NCBI GenBank assembly: GCA_964558505.1
Contig: CAZLEI010000004.1
Location: forward strand, 9,367-73,366
Source: an uncultured Methanomassiliicoccales archaeon
GTDB taxonomy: Archaea; Thermoplasmatota; Thermoplasmata; Methanomassiliicoccales; Methanomethylophilaceae
Length of the DNA stretch: 64,000 nucleotides
Reading direction: 5' to 3'
The notes beneath the pieces are model-generated. The model ran no database searches. It was given only the letters and a program-made list of their open reading frames with translations, and was not told the origin of the DNA. The position numbers were made by a program, and so were the translations under genes. This document shows positions 8,772 to 17,368 of the stretch, piece by piece; position 1 is the stretch's first letter, and every line of letters begins with the position of its first letter.

Positions 8772-9290
8772 ATGTCTGATATCTGGATCATGAGGATCGG
8801 GCACCGCCCGGAAAGGGACAAGAGAGTGACGACTCATGTCGCCCTCTCGTCCCGTGCTTTGGGTGCCAAAGGCATATACGTCGATACCAAGGACGAAGTG
8901 CTGGAAGGCAACATACGCAGCGTGGTCGACCGTTTCGGCGGGGATTACACGATAGAGACTGGCGTCAGCTGGAAGAGGGCCACAAGCAACTTCGATGGCA
9001 AAGTGGTCCATCTGACCATGTACGGCCAAAGGGTGGATGAGGCCCTTCCGCGCATACCCAAGGATGAGAACCTGATGGTTATAGTGGGTGCGGAGAAGGT
9101 CCCGCCGGAAGTGTATCAGCGTGCGGATTTCAATGTCTCCGTGGGGAATCAGCCCCATTCCGAGATAGCCGCTCTCGCTATATTCTTGGACAGGTACACC
9201 GAGGGCAAGGCGCTCTACTCCGACAGGCATGGGAAGATGACCGTCGTCCCTAATGAGAGGGGGAAGACCGTTGTCGATCTATCCGAATGA
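8772..9290 (+). CDS. trm56: tRNA (cytidine56-2'-O)-methyltransferase aTrm56 (SPOUT)
   Basis: MRIGHRPERDKRVTTHVALSSRALGAKG… matches the conserved Trm56 N-terminal block (RLGHRPERDKRITTHV…). Confidence 0.85.
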   Translation: MSDIWIMRIGHRPERDKRVTTHVALSSRALGAKGIYVDTKDEVLEGNIRSVVDRFGGDYTIETGVSWKRATSNFDGKVVHLTMYGQRVDEALPRIPKDENLMVIVGAEKVPPEVYQRADFNVSVGNQPHSEIAALAIFLDRYTEGKALYSDRHGKMTVVPNERGKTVVDLSE

Positions 9291-9861
9291 TGTCGAATGC
9301 GTCAGGCGCCTGAAGGAAGCAGGGTGCAAGAAGCGCGTCATCATCCACTGCTGCACCGTGCGCGTGCTTGCGGACGAGATCGCCAAGGGCATACCGTCTG
9401 CAGATCCCGTCCTGGTCACGGCCGGGGCGCTCCTCCACGACATCGGAAGGGCGGTGGACCATTCGATAATGCACGCCAACGTCGGAGCAGACATGCTGTC
9501 GGACGCAGGCATGCCAGCAGAGCTGGTGGACATCGTCAGGAAGCACACGGGCGCAGGCCTGGATGCGCAGGACGCGATCGAGATGGGGCTCCCGGAGGGA
9601 GACTACATACCATCGAGCATCGAGGAGAAGATCGTGGCGCATGCCGACAACATGGTCAGTGATAACCGCCTGGTGTATCACGAGCACTCCGTGGACAAGC
9701 TGATGACGAAAGGTGCAGTACGCGGCGCAGAGAGGGTCGAGGCACTCCACAGGGAGCTGTCCACGATGTACGGCGAGGATCTGGACGTGCTCGTCCGCCG
9801 GCTCGGGGAATACCCCGTGCTGAAAGGCCCCTGCGCGAAGTACTTAGACGACAGGGCCTGA
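9253..9861 (+). CDS. HD-domain phosphohydrolase
   Basis: The HD motif (…LLHDIGRAVDH…) sits in the correct context. The start is ambiguous: ATG 9253 or TTG 9271, both overlapping the trm56 3' end. Confidence 0.75.
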   Translation: MRGGRPLSIYPNDVECVRRLKEAGCKKRVIIHCCTVRVLADEIAKGIPSADPVLVTAGALLHDIGRAVDHSIMHANVGADMLSDAGMPAELVDIVRKHTGAGLDAQDAIEMGLPEGDYIPSSIEEKIVAHADNMVSDNRLVYHEHSVDKLMTKGAVRGAERVEALHRELSTMYGEDLDVLVRRLGEYPVLKGPCAKYLDDRA

Positions 9862-10101
9862 GCGGTCGACACGGTCGGGGAACGTGTTGAGGATGATCAC
9901 ATCTCCCACCGACTGGACCCATCTGAACGGCACGGCGATCGCAGTGCCTGGCTCCACGAGGGCGGGGCTCGGCTTCTGGATGTACAGGCTGTCTATCCTC
10001 ATGTTGGCGAGGTCCACGACCAGATCGTCAACGATGCCCAGGAACACTGCCTTCGGCGTGTAGACCTCGAGGCCTCTGATGTTCCCGGTATCCTCCAACA
10101 T
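9844..10101 (-). CDS. PRC-barrel domain protein
   Basis: 85 aa with …GLEVYTPKAVFLGIVDDLVVD…, the pattern of small archaeal PRC-barrel proteins. Confidence 0.6.
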   Translation of the reverse strand: MLEDTGNIRGLEVYTPKAVFLGIVDDLVVDLANMRIDSLYIQKPSPALVEPGTAIAVPFRWVQSVGDVIILNTFPDRVDRSGPVV

Positions 10102-10176
10102 GCCACGTGCATGCGTACCTGCGCATAAAACCGTACCGTTAACGGTGTTTAGAAACCTATTTATGGTTACAGCATA

Positions 10177-10509
10177 ATGGGTATGCAGGTGCTACAAATG
10201 GTCACAGAACTTACTGAAGCAACATTTGATGATTTCATAAAGAACAACGCAGTGGTCCTCATCGACTGCTGGGCCCCATGGTGTGGCCCCTGCAGGAGGA
10301 TGGGCCCCGTCATCGAAGAGGTCGCGGCCGATCTCGCAGGGAAGGTCGCGGTGGCGAAGCTCAACACCGACGAGAACCAGGGGATATCCGCGAAGCTGAG
10401 GATCAACGCGATCCCCACGCTCCTGGTCTACAGGAACGGTGTCGCGGGCGCACCTCTCGTCGGACTCAGGCCGAAAGCAGAGATAATCGCCTACGTGATG
10501 GGCCAGTGA
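10177..10509 (+). CDS. trxA: thioredoxin
   Basis: WAPWCGPCR active site within a thioredoxin fold-length protein. Confidence 0.9.
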   Translation: MGMQVLQMVTELTEATFDDFIKNNAVVLIDCWAPWCGPCRRMGPVIEEVAADLAGKVAVAKLNTDENQGISAKLRINAIPTLLVYRNGVAGAPLVGLRPKAEIIAYVMGQ

Positions 10510-10513
10510 TCGT

Positions 10514-11398
10514 ATGATCACAGCCGACGTCGCCGTCATTGGCCTGGGGCCGGCCGGGCTCCAGGCGGCCATACATTCATCCAGGCACAAAGCCGTGACC
10601 GTCGCCGTCGGTAAAACCTTCAACAGCTCGATCGCCGGGGCCAGTGTTGAGAACTACCTGGGGTTCGAGTCCTTGGACGGGTCCGCCCTCCTGGCCACCG
10701 GCACCGTCCAAGCGGAGTCCTTCGGATGCAAGGTCATCCCGGAGAACGTCACGGCGGTGTCGGGGCAGGCAGGGGCATTCCTGCTGACGCTCGAGGGCGG
10801 AGAAGTGATATCCGCGAAGGCGGTGGTCCTCGCCACGGGCATATCCCGCGTGAAGCTGGGTGTTCCCGGTGAGAAGGAATTCTTCGGAAAAGGCGTTAGT
10901 TACTGTGCATCCTGCGACTGTAATTTCTATAAAGGCCGCAAGGTGGCGATATTCGGCAATGAGACCGAGGCGGCGGCATCCGCAGAGCTCATGACCAAGT
11001 ACGCGTCTGAAGTGTATTGGGTCACCCCGGCAACGACGGCATCCCCCAAGATGGTCGCAGATGCGGAGGCGGCAGGTGCCAAGGTCCTTCGGACGACCAT
11101 CGAGAAGATAATGGGCACAGATGCCGTTCAGTCCATACTCCTCGGTGACGGCACGTCCGTGGATGTGGACGGCGTCTTCATAGAGTTGGGCGCCAGATCG
11201 GCGGCCGACCTGGCGATGGACATGGGGGTCATGCCAGAGGCGGACGACACCATAAAGGTGGACTCGTCCTGCTCGGCAGGCGTTCCCGGCGTGTTCGCAT
11301 GCGGCGATGTCACGGGCAGGCCCTGGCAGGTGGCCAAGGCCGTCGGCCAAGGTTGCGTGGCCGGCAATTCCGCGGCGGCATTCATCAGGGGATCGTGA
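10514..11398 (+). CDS. trxB: thioredoxin-disulfide reductase-like flavoprotein
   Basis: N-terminal FAD GxGxxG (VIGLGPAGLQAA), redox-active CASCDC pair, NAD(P) site (VAIFGNETEAAAS), C-terminal GVFACGD. Immediately downstream of trxA. Confidence 0.85.
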   Translation: MITADVAVIGLGPAGLQAAIHSSRHKAVTVAVGKTFNSSIAGASVENYLGFESLDGSALLATGTVQAESFGCKVIPENVTAVSGQAGAFLLTLEGGEVISAKAVVLATGISRVKLGVPGEKEFFGKGVSYCASCDCNFYKGRKVAIFGNETEAAASAELMTKYASEVYWVTPATTASPKMVADAEAAGAKVLRTTIEKIMGTDAVQSILLGDGTSVDVDGVFIELGARSAADLAMDMGVMPEADDTIKVDSSCSAGVPGVFACGDVTGRPWQVAKAVGQGCVAGNSAAAFIRGS

Positions 11399-11910
11399 TG
11401 ACCGTAGAGGATGTGATCTCCGGGATGCTCAGGGCCGAGGGCGGTTTCCAGAAAGCGCTCAGGAGCATGATCGTGGACGAACTCGACATGACCATGAACG
11501 AGTTCTGCGAGGTCACGGGCATTTCCAAGAGCACAATGTACAAGATCCTGGAGGAGAAACGCGAACCCAACCTCCGCACGGTACGTCAGATCGTCAAGGC
11601 GCTGAGGGCCCTGGCCTCCGCCGACGGCGAGAGGTTCATCGCTGTAATAGCGTCGGACACCGTCCTCGAATCCCTGCCTGACCATGTGGATTTCGACGGC
11701 CATATGGTCCCGATAAGGGAATATCCGGTCAGCACCGTGGAGGATGCGATCATCGCCGCCGTCAGGGCGGAACGTGACGGCGCGCTCGGTGTCGTCTGCG
11801 CTCCCATCGTGGCTCCCACGATCGAAAGGATCCTGTCGGTGCCCGTATCGCCCGTGATACCGTCGACGAGCCTTTCCCGCGCCATAGACGGCATAATGGA
11901 CTCACTTTGA
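11398..11910 (+). CDS. HTH-domain protein (putative transcriptional regulator)
   Basis: ATG 11398 overlaps the trxB stop (TGATG). An HTH segment (MNEFCEVTGISKSTMYKILEE) is present. The ORF-track start at 11299 lies inside trxB in another frame and is rejected. Confidence 0.6.
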   Translation: MTVEDVISGMLRAEGGFQKALRSMIVDELDMTMNEFCEVTGISKSTMYKILEEKREPNLRTVRQIVKALRALASADGERFIAVIASDTVLESLPDHVDFDGHMVPIREYPVSTVEDAIIAAVRAERDGALGVVCAPIVAPTIERILSVPVSPVIPSTSLSRAIDGIMDSL

Positions 11911-11992
11911 GTTGTTAGCGGGCCTTATTGTTAAAATAGCACCTTAACTATTCTCGTGTGGGGGAGTAGCTATAGCGTTCGAACTGCAGATT

Positions 11993-12430
11993 GTGAGCAA
12001 TACGCCGTTGAGTTCGGTGCAGGATATAGATATCGTGGCAGAGACGTTTCTGATGCAGATCGGCTACATACCGAAAGGATACGACCCCAAGACCGCGGCC
12101 ACCGCGCTCAGGGACAGCGTCCCCTACCGTCTGTTCATGGATTGCTTCGTCAGGAACATGTCCAAAGCATGGGCGGTCGAAGAGCTCGCGGCCATACTCG
12201 GGACCACGAAGCCCACCGTCTACAGGCACATCAACAAACTGAAGTCGATGGACCTGCTGGAAGGCGTGGATGTGGAGTTCGACGGCCAGATGCGCAAAGG
12301 ATACAGGATAAGATACGGCGACCTCGGCAAGGCCTGGAGTTTCGCGGAGGCCAACGTCAACATGGCGATGGACAACTACCGCAAGACCGTGGCGCATTTC
12401 CAGGCGCTCGTGACCGCAGAGAAGGATTGA
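11993..12430 (+). CDS. winged-helix transcriptional regulator-like protein
   Basis: 145 aa; the segment LAAILGTTKPTVYRHINKLKSMDLLEG is a classical wHTH. Confidence 0.55.
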   Translation: MSNTPLSSVQDIDIVAETFLMQIGYIPKGYDPKTAATALRDSVPYRLFMDCFVRNMSKAWAVEELAAILGTTKPTVYRHINKLKSMDLLEGVDVEFDGQMRKGYRIRYGDLGKAWSFAEANVNMAMDNYRKTVAHFQALVTAEKD

Positions 12431-12432
12431 TT

Positions 12433-12684
12433 ATGTTCGGAGACGGAGACCAAGAGCTTTCCAAGGGCTGCGAGTACGCAGTCCACGTGTCCGGTGACGG
12501 GGACAAGACCTTCACCGGGATCTTCAAAGGGTACATCATGCTGGGGGCCGATGCCGCCTTGGCCATGGACTGCGGTGGCGAGACGCATTACGTGCCGACG
12601 TCCCAGATATCTTATATGACGGTGGTTAGCCGGGCGGCGCCCAAGCTCGAGACCCGTTACGCAGACGGCATCAACTACGGATGA
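12433..12684 (+). CDS. small hypothetical protein (83 aa)
   Basis: ATG 2 nt after the preceding stop, same strand, protein-like composition (MFGDGDQELSKGCEYAVHVSGDGDKTF…). No recognised family. Confidence 0.4.
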   Translation: MFGDGDQELSKGCEYAVHVSGDGDKTFTGIFKGYIMLGADAALAMDCGGETHYVPTSQISYMTVVSRAAPKLETRYADGINYG

Positions 12685-12688
12685 TCCA

Positions 12689-14224
12689 ATGGCCGGCGGA
12701 TTGAGCGAACGCATAATAGAGATGGTGAAATCGGGCGAGATACGCGACCGCGACCAATTGCAGCGTGTGAAGGTGGCGATGTGCGGAGAGTACGGTCTGA
12801 AGTCCGTCCCGCCAAACTCTGAGATCCTGGCGGCCGTTCCCCCGGAGGACCGGGAGCTGCTGGAGCCTCTGCTCATAAAGAAACCGATGAGGACGCTGAG
12901 CGGTGTTGCGGTGGTAGCAGTCATGACGTCGCCGTTCCCATGCCCGCACGGGAAGTGCTCGTACTGCCCCGGCGGGGTCGAGAACAACTCGCCGCAGTCC
13001 TACACCGGGAAGGAACCGGCCGCCAGGCGCGCCGAGCGCAACGAGTTCGATCCGTTCCGTCAGGTCACCGACCGCGTGACCCAGTTGGAGGCCATCGGCC
13101 ATAAGACCGACAAGATAGACCTCATCATCATGGGCGGGACGTTCACCAGCAGGGAGGCCGAATACCAGGAATGGTTCGTCCGCAGGTGCTTCGATGCCAT
13201 GAACGGCAGGGAGGCCCCGGACCTGGAGACCGCCCAGATGTGGAACGAGGATGCACCGCACAGGTGCGTCGGCTTGACCGTGGAGACCCGCCCGGACGTG
13301 TTCACGGATGCGCAGATCGAGAACGCCATGTACCTGGGCGCGACGCGCGTGGAGCTGGGAGTCCAGATACTCGACGACGACATCCTGTCGGCCGTGGACC
13401 GCGGCCACGGCATAGCCGAGGTGGAAGCGTCCACGGCGGCCTGCAAATCGCACGGGCTGAAGGTCTGCTATCATATCATGCCGGGGCTTCCGGGGTCTTC
13501 TCCCGAACGCGACCTGGAATGTTTCAAACGCGTGTTCGACGATCCCGGGTTCAGGCCGGACATGCTGAAGTTCTATCCCACGCTAGTGGTTGCTGGCACA
13601 AGGCTTTTCGACATGTGGGAGGCGGGGGAGTACGAGCCTTACGACCTGGAGACCGCGATCACCCTCCTGTGCAGTATGAAATCCGAGGTGCCGGAGTATG
13701 TGAGGATCCAGCGGATACAGAGGGACATACCCGTGCCGCAGATATCCGCGGGCATATTGCGGAGCAACATCCGCGAGCTGGTCCAGGACAAGATGCGCGA
13801 GGATGGCCGCCCATGCAGATGCATCAGGTGCAGAGAGGTCGGCCATACCGGCGTTTCCCTGGACGATCCTTCCGAGGTGTCCATGAGGACCGTCGAGTAC
13901 GAGGCGTCCGGGGGCACCGAGCGCTTCATGCAGCTGGAGTACAAGGATTCCATCATAGGTTATGTCAGGCTGCGGACGGATGATACGGACACGGCCACGA
14001 TACGCGAGCTCAAAGTGTTCGGCAAGATGGCGGCCATCGGCGAGGACGGCGAGGACTGGCAGCACCGCGGGTTCGGCAGGTCTCTGGTGGAGGCGGCCGA
14101 GTCGGCAGCACGTGCCGACGGGAAGAAGCGCATAAGGGTGACCAGCGGGGTGGGCGTCAGAGGGTACTACAGGTCGCTCGGGTATTCCCTGGAACGTCCG
14201 TATATGGCGAAGGACCTCAATTGA
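12689..14224 (+). CDS. elp3: Elp3-family radical SAM/GNAT tRNA uridine-34 modification enzyme
   Basis: Radical-SAM cysteine cluster (CPHGKCSYCPGG), a conserved Elp3 central region and a C-terminal GNAT acetyltransferase domain. Confidence 0.92.
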   Translation: MAGGLSERIIEMVKSGEIRDRDQLQRVKVAMCGEYGLKSVPPNSEILAAVPPEDRELLEPLLIKKPMRTLSGVAVVAVMTSPFPCPHGKCSYCPGGVENNSPQSYTGKEPAARRAERNEFDPFRQVTDRVTQLEAIGHKTDKIDLIIMGGTFTSREAEYQEWFVRRCFDAMNGREAPDLETAQMWNEDAPHRCVGLTVETRPDVFTDAQIENAMYLGATRVELGVQILDDDILSAVDRGHGIAEVEASTAACKSHGLKVCYHIMPGLPGSSPERDLECFKRVFDDPGFRPDMLKFYPTLVVAGTRLFDMWEAGEYEPYDLETAITLLCSMKSEVPEYVRIQRIQRDIPVPQISAGILRSNIRELVQDKMREDGRPCRCIRCREVGHTGVSLDDPSEVSMRTVEYEASGGTERFMQLEYKDSIIGYVRLRTDDTDTATIRELKVFGKMAAIGEDGEDWQHRGFGRSLVEAAESAARADGKKRIRVTSGVGVRGYYRSLGYSLERPYMAKDLN

Positions 14225-14456
14225 TGACGATGCGGGATGCCTCGATGGAGACCGTGTCCGCCTGGATGACATATCTGCCTTTCTCGTCCACTTTGTGGTT
14301 CTTGGTGTACACGGCACCGTTGGAATCCACCAGCAGGTACAGCAGGTCCCCCGTTGCGGTGTCGATCACGAGCCCGTCGAGCACGCCCAGGCTGCGCCCG
14401 CCGGCGGTCTCCACGGGTTTGCCGTTCATCTCGGACAGGAAGATCCTGCTGCCCAT
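14217..14456 (-). CDS. PRC-barrel domain protein
   Basis: 79 aa (MGSRIFLSEMNGKPVETAGG…) with PRC-barrel character. The 145-aa ORF-track version extends N-terminally over the cdc48 3' end in another frame and is truncated here. Confidence 0.55.
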   Translation of the reverse strand: MGSRIFLSEMNGKPVETAGGRSLGVLDGLVIDTATGDLLYLLVDSNGAVYTKNHKVDEKGRYVIQADTVSIEASRIVIN

Positions 14457-14461
14457 CTGGA

Positions 14462-16663
14462 TCACCCGTAGAACGGGACGTCGTCCCAGATCCCGTGGCG
14501 TTTCCTCATCTCCGCGCCGGCCTGCTCGTAGCTGTCGAACGTCTTCTGGTCCACGGACGGCTTGCAGATCCCAAGGGCCTTCTTGAAGTGGCGCCATTCG
14601 ACGAATTGTATGTTCGGCTTCTCGCGGAAGGCCGCCATCCCCGCTTCCCTGCACAGTGCGGCGAGGTCGGCGCCGACGAATCCGTCGGTCGCCTCGGCAA
14701 CGTCGATCAGGTCGATGTTCATGAGCGGCATCGAACGGGTGTGTATCTCCAGTATCCTGAGCCTGGTCTCGAGGTCAGGTTTCCCGATGAGGATCATGCG
14801 GTCGAACCTGCCCGGCCTCAAAAGCGCCGGATCCACCATGTCCGGGCGGTTGGTGGCACCCATTATCATCACGTTCTTCAGGCTCTCCACGCCGTCCATG
14901 GATGTCAGCAGCTGGTTGACGACCCTCTCCCAGGTGGATGAGTCGCTGTGGCCGCGCACGGGGGCTATGGAATCGATCTCGTCGAAGAATATGATGCACG
15001 GCGCCATCTGCTTGGCGCGCTTGAATATCTGACGGACGGCTTGCTCGGTCTCGCCCAGCCATTTGCTGGCTATCTCCGGTCCGCTGACGCAGATGAAGTT
15101 CGCCCCGGATTCGTTTGCCACGGCCTTCGCGATGAGTGTCTTGCCGGTCCCGGGAGGACCGTATAGCAGGACTCCTTTGGCCGGAGGTATCCCGAGGCGT
15201 TCGAAGGCCTTGACGTTCTCTGTCGGTATGAACGCGTCGCGTATCTCGGATTTCACGTCCTCGAGCCCGCCGACATCCGCCCAGGTGACCTTGGGGATCT
15301 CCACCAGGACCTCCCTCATGCCGCTGGGGTCCACCTCGGACAGTGCGGACACGAAATCATCCATCTCCACCCTCATCTCCTCCAAGATGGGGCGCGGGAC
15401 AGGCTTGTCCAGGTCCAGTTCCGGCATCTTCCTGCTGAGGCATTTCATGGCGCCCTCCCTGCAGAGTGCCGCCAGGTCTGCGCCGACGAACCCCTGCGTC
15501 ATCCCGGCCAGGGCATCGATGTCCACATCGGCGGTCAGGGGCATGTCCCTCGTATGGACGCCCAGGATCTCCCGGCGGCCGTTCCTGTTCGGTACGCCGA
15601 TCTCGATCTCGCGGTCGAACCTGCCCGGTCTCCTGAGCGCAGGGTCGATGGCATCCTCCCTGTTGGTCGCGCCGATGACCACCACGTCACCTCTGTCGCT
15701 GAGCCCGTCCATGAGGGTCAGCAGCTGGGCGACCACGCGCCTCTCGACCTCGCCGTACACGGCGTTCCGGTTGGGGGCGATCGAATCGATCTCATCCAGG
15801 AATATGATGCTCGGGGTGTTCTCCTCGGCCTCTTTGAATATTTCCCTCAGGCGTTCCTCGCTCTGCCCGTAGTACCTGCCCATGATCTCCGGGCCCTGGA
15901 CTGCGAAGAAGGATGCGCCCGACTCGTTGGCAACGGCCTTCGCGATCAGGGTCTTCCCGGTCCCCGGGGGGCCGTAGAGGAGGACGCCTTTGGGTGCGGA
16001 TATGCCCATGCGGTCGAACAGCTCGGGGTGCTTCAGCGGGAGCTCTATCATCTCCCTGATCCTCTTGAGCTCCTCGTCCAGGCCGCCGATCTCATCATAT
16101 GTTATCTGGTCTCCGCGTCCGGCGGAAGTGGATGCGGCCTCTTCTTTGATGGATATCTCTGTTTCGGGGCCGACGATGACGGCATCGGCGGGAATGGTCG
16201 AGACCACGTGGAAAGTGGAGCGGTTGCCCATGAGGGCGATGTTCGGAACGATGATGTCGATGCCTTTGACCAGGGGGCGGGACAGGAGCCCGTTGCGGAA
16301 CACGCCCTCCATCCCCGGTTCGAACCTGATCCTCTTCCCGGCGGGTATGTTGGGGGCCAGGACGACCTTCTCGGCCGGCATGGGCTCGCAGGCGCGCACC
16401 TTGACATTCTCGTCCACGCTGACTCCGGCGTTGGTCCTCGTGAGGCCGTCGATGCGGATCAGCCCGCGTCCTTCGTCCTCCGGGACTCCCTTCATCACCT
16501 TGGCGACGACCGTCTTCCGTCCGATTATCTCGATGGTGTCGCCTATCTCGAGGCCCAATGCGGTGCGGGCCTCGATATCCATTCTCGCGCGGCCGTAGCC
16601 CGCTTCAGACTGCTTGCGCGCCATGGCAACCTTGAGCTCGATGAATCCGTCGGAGATCTCCAT
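14462..16663 (-). CDS. cdc48: Cdc48/VCP-like AAA+ ATPase (two AAA domains)
   Basis: Two Walker A boxes (GPPGTGKT x2), two Walker B/second-region-of-homology blocks and a double-psi-barrel N-domain. Start chosen at M11 ([12 protein letters not shown]…) because a TATA-like TTTATGTAAAAA sits about 35 nt upstream, consistent with a leaderless mRNA. ATG 16693 is the alternative. Confidence 0.9.
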   Translation of the reverse strand: MEISDGFIELKVAMARKQSEAGYGRARMDIEARTALGLEIGDTIEIIGRKTVVAKVMKGVPEDEGRGLIRIDGLTRTNAGVSVDENVKVRACEPMPAEKVVLAPNIPAGKRIRFEPGMEGVFRNGLLSRPLVKGIDIIVPNIALMGNRSTFHVVSTIPADAVIVGPETEISIKEEAASTSAGRGDQITYDEIGGLDEELKRIREMIELPLKHPELFDRMGISAPKGVLLYGPPGTGKTLIAKAVANESGASFFAVQGPEIMGRYYGQSEERLREIFKEAEENTPSIIFLDEIDSIAPNRNAVYGEVERRVVAQLLTLMDGLSDRGDVVVIGATNREDAIDPALRRPGRFDREIEIGVPNRNGRREILGVHTRDMPLTADVDIDALAGMTQGFVGADLAALCREGAMKCLSRKMPELDLDKPVPRPILEEMRVEMDDFVSALSEVDPSGMREVLVEIPKVTWADVGGLEDVKSEIRDAFIPTENVKAFERLGIPPAKGVLLYGPPGTGKTLIAKAVANESGANFICVSGPEIASKWLGETEQAVRQIFKRAKQMAPCIIFFDEIDSIAPVRGHSDSSTWERVVNQLLTSMDGVESLKNVMIMGATNRPDMVDPALLRPGRFDRMILIGKPDLETRLRILEIHTRSMPLMNIDLIDVAEATDGFVGADLAALCREAGMAAFREKPNIQFVEWRHFKKALGICKPSVDQKTFDSYEQAGAEMRKRHGIWDDVPFYG

Positions 16664-16902
16664 CGTACGGCCATGGGAGCGCCCATATTTCATTTTTACA
16701 TAAAGTGCGCATGCGTTCCTTTTTATCCCATGAATGCTCTCTATCGTCCGTCGTCGGCGCTCCCGGCGGTGCGTTATTGTGCAAAATCAGGGGTTCATCT
16801 CAGAAAACCCAGGATTTCTGCACGGAACGGAAAGCTTGCATGGGGAGGACTTATATATGAGTATCAATTCCGTCCAAAGCACAAGCTTTAAGCTATCATC
16901 AA

Positions 16903-16976
16903 GGGCCTGTAGCTCAGCTAGGTAGAGCATCTGACTTTTAATCAGGTGGTCAAGGGTTCGAATCCCTTCAGGCCCG
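16903..16976 (+). tRNA. tRNA-Lys (TTT)
   Basis: Acceptor GGGCCUG/CAGGCCC, anticodon loop CUUUUAA, T-arm AAGGG-UUCGAAU-CCCUU, discriminator G. A TTATATAT element lies about 45 nt upstream. Confidence 0.9.
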
Positions 16977-17097
16977 CATGATGGTCTTCATGAGCGATCA
17001 ACGGCGGATCAAGTATGAGGAAAAAGATGACTACAGTGACTTTTAGCAAACAGCTTTCCCGCTGAACCGTTAGGCGGAGCAACTAACAGGTGAAATC

Positions 17098-17364
17098 ATG
17101 GCAGTAGACAACATCTCGTTCAACGTTCTCAAGCACGACCTCGTGCCTGAGCACCACCTTCTGTCCGAGGAGGATGCGGAGAAGATTCTCTCCAGCATGG
17201 GCATGACCCGTGACCAGCTTCCTAAGGTCAGGAAGAGCGATGCAGGCATCAGGGTACTGGAGAGCATTTACGGTCCTATCGAAGAAGGCCGTGTGGTTAA
17301 GATTGTGAGGAAGAGTGAGACGGCCCAGGAGTTCGTCGCATACAGACTCGTCACGAGGGGGTAA
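17098..17364 (+). CDS. rpoH: DNA-directed RNA polymerase subunit H (Rpo5)
   Basis: 88 aa with [23 protein letters not shown]… characteristic of RpoH. GGTGA Shine-Dalgarno-like element 7 nt upstream. First gene of the RNAP operon. Confidence 0.9.
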   Translation: MAVDNISFNVLKHDLVPEHHLLSEEDAEKILSSMGMTRDQLPKVRKSDAGIRVLESIYGPIEEGRVVKIVRKSETAQEFVAYRLVTRG

Positions 17365-17368
17365 ATTC

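Noticed and set aside
14217-14654. 145-aa ORF-track version of the PRC-barrel gene
   Set aside because: Its N-terminal 66 codons overlap the cdc48 3' end in another frame and are Gly/Arg-rich. The gene was truncated to the 79-aa PRC-barrel starting at ATG 14456.
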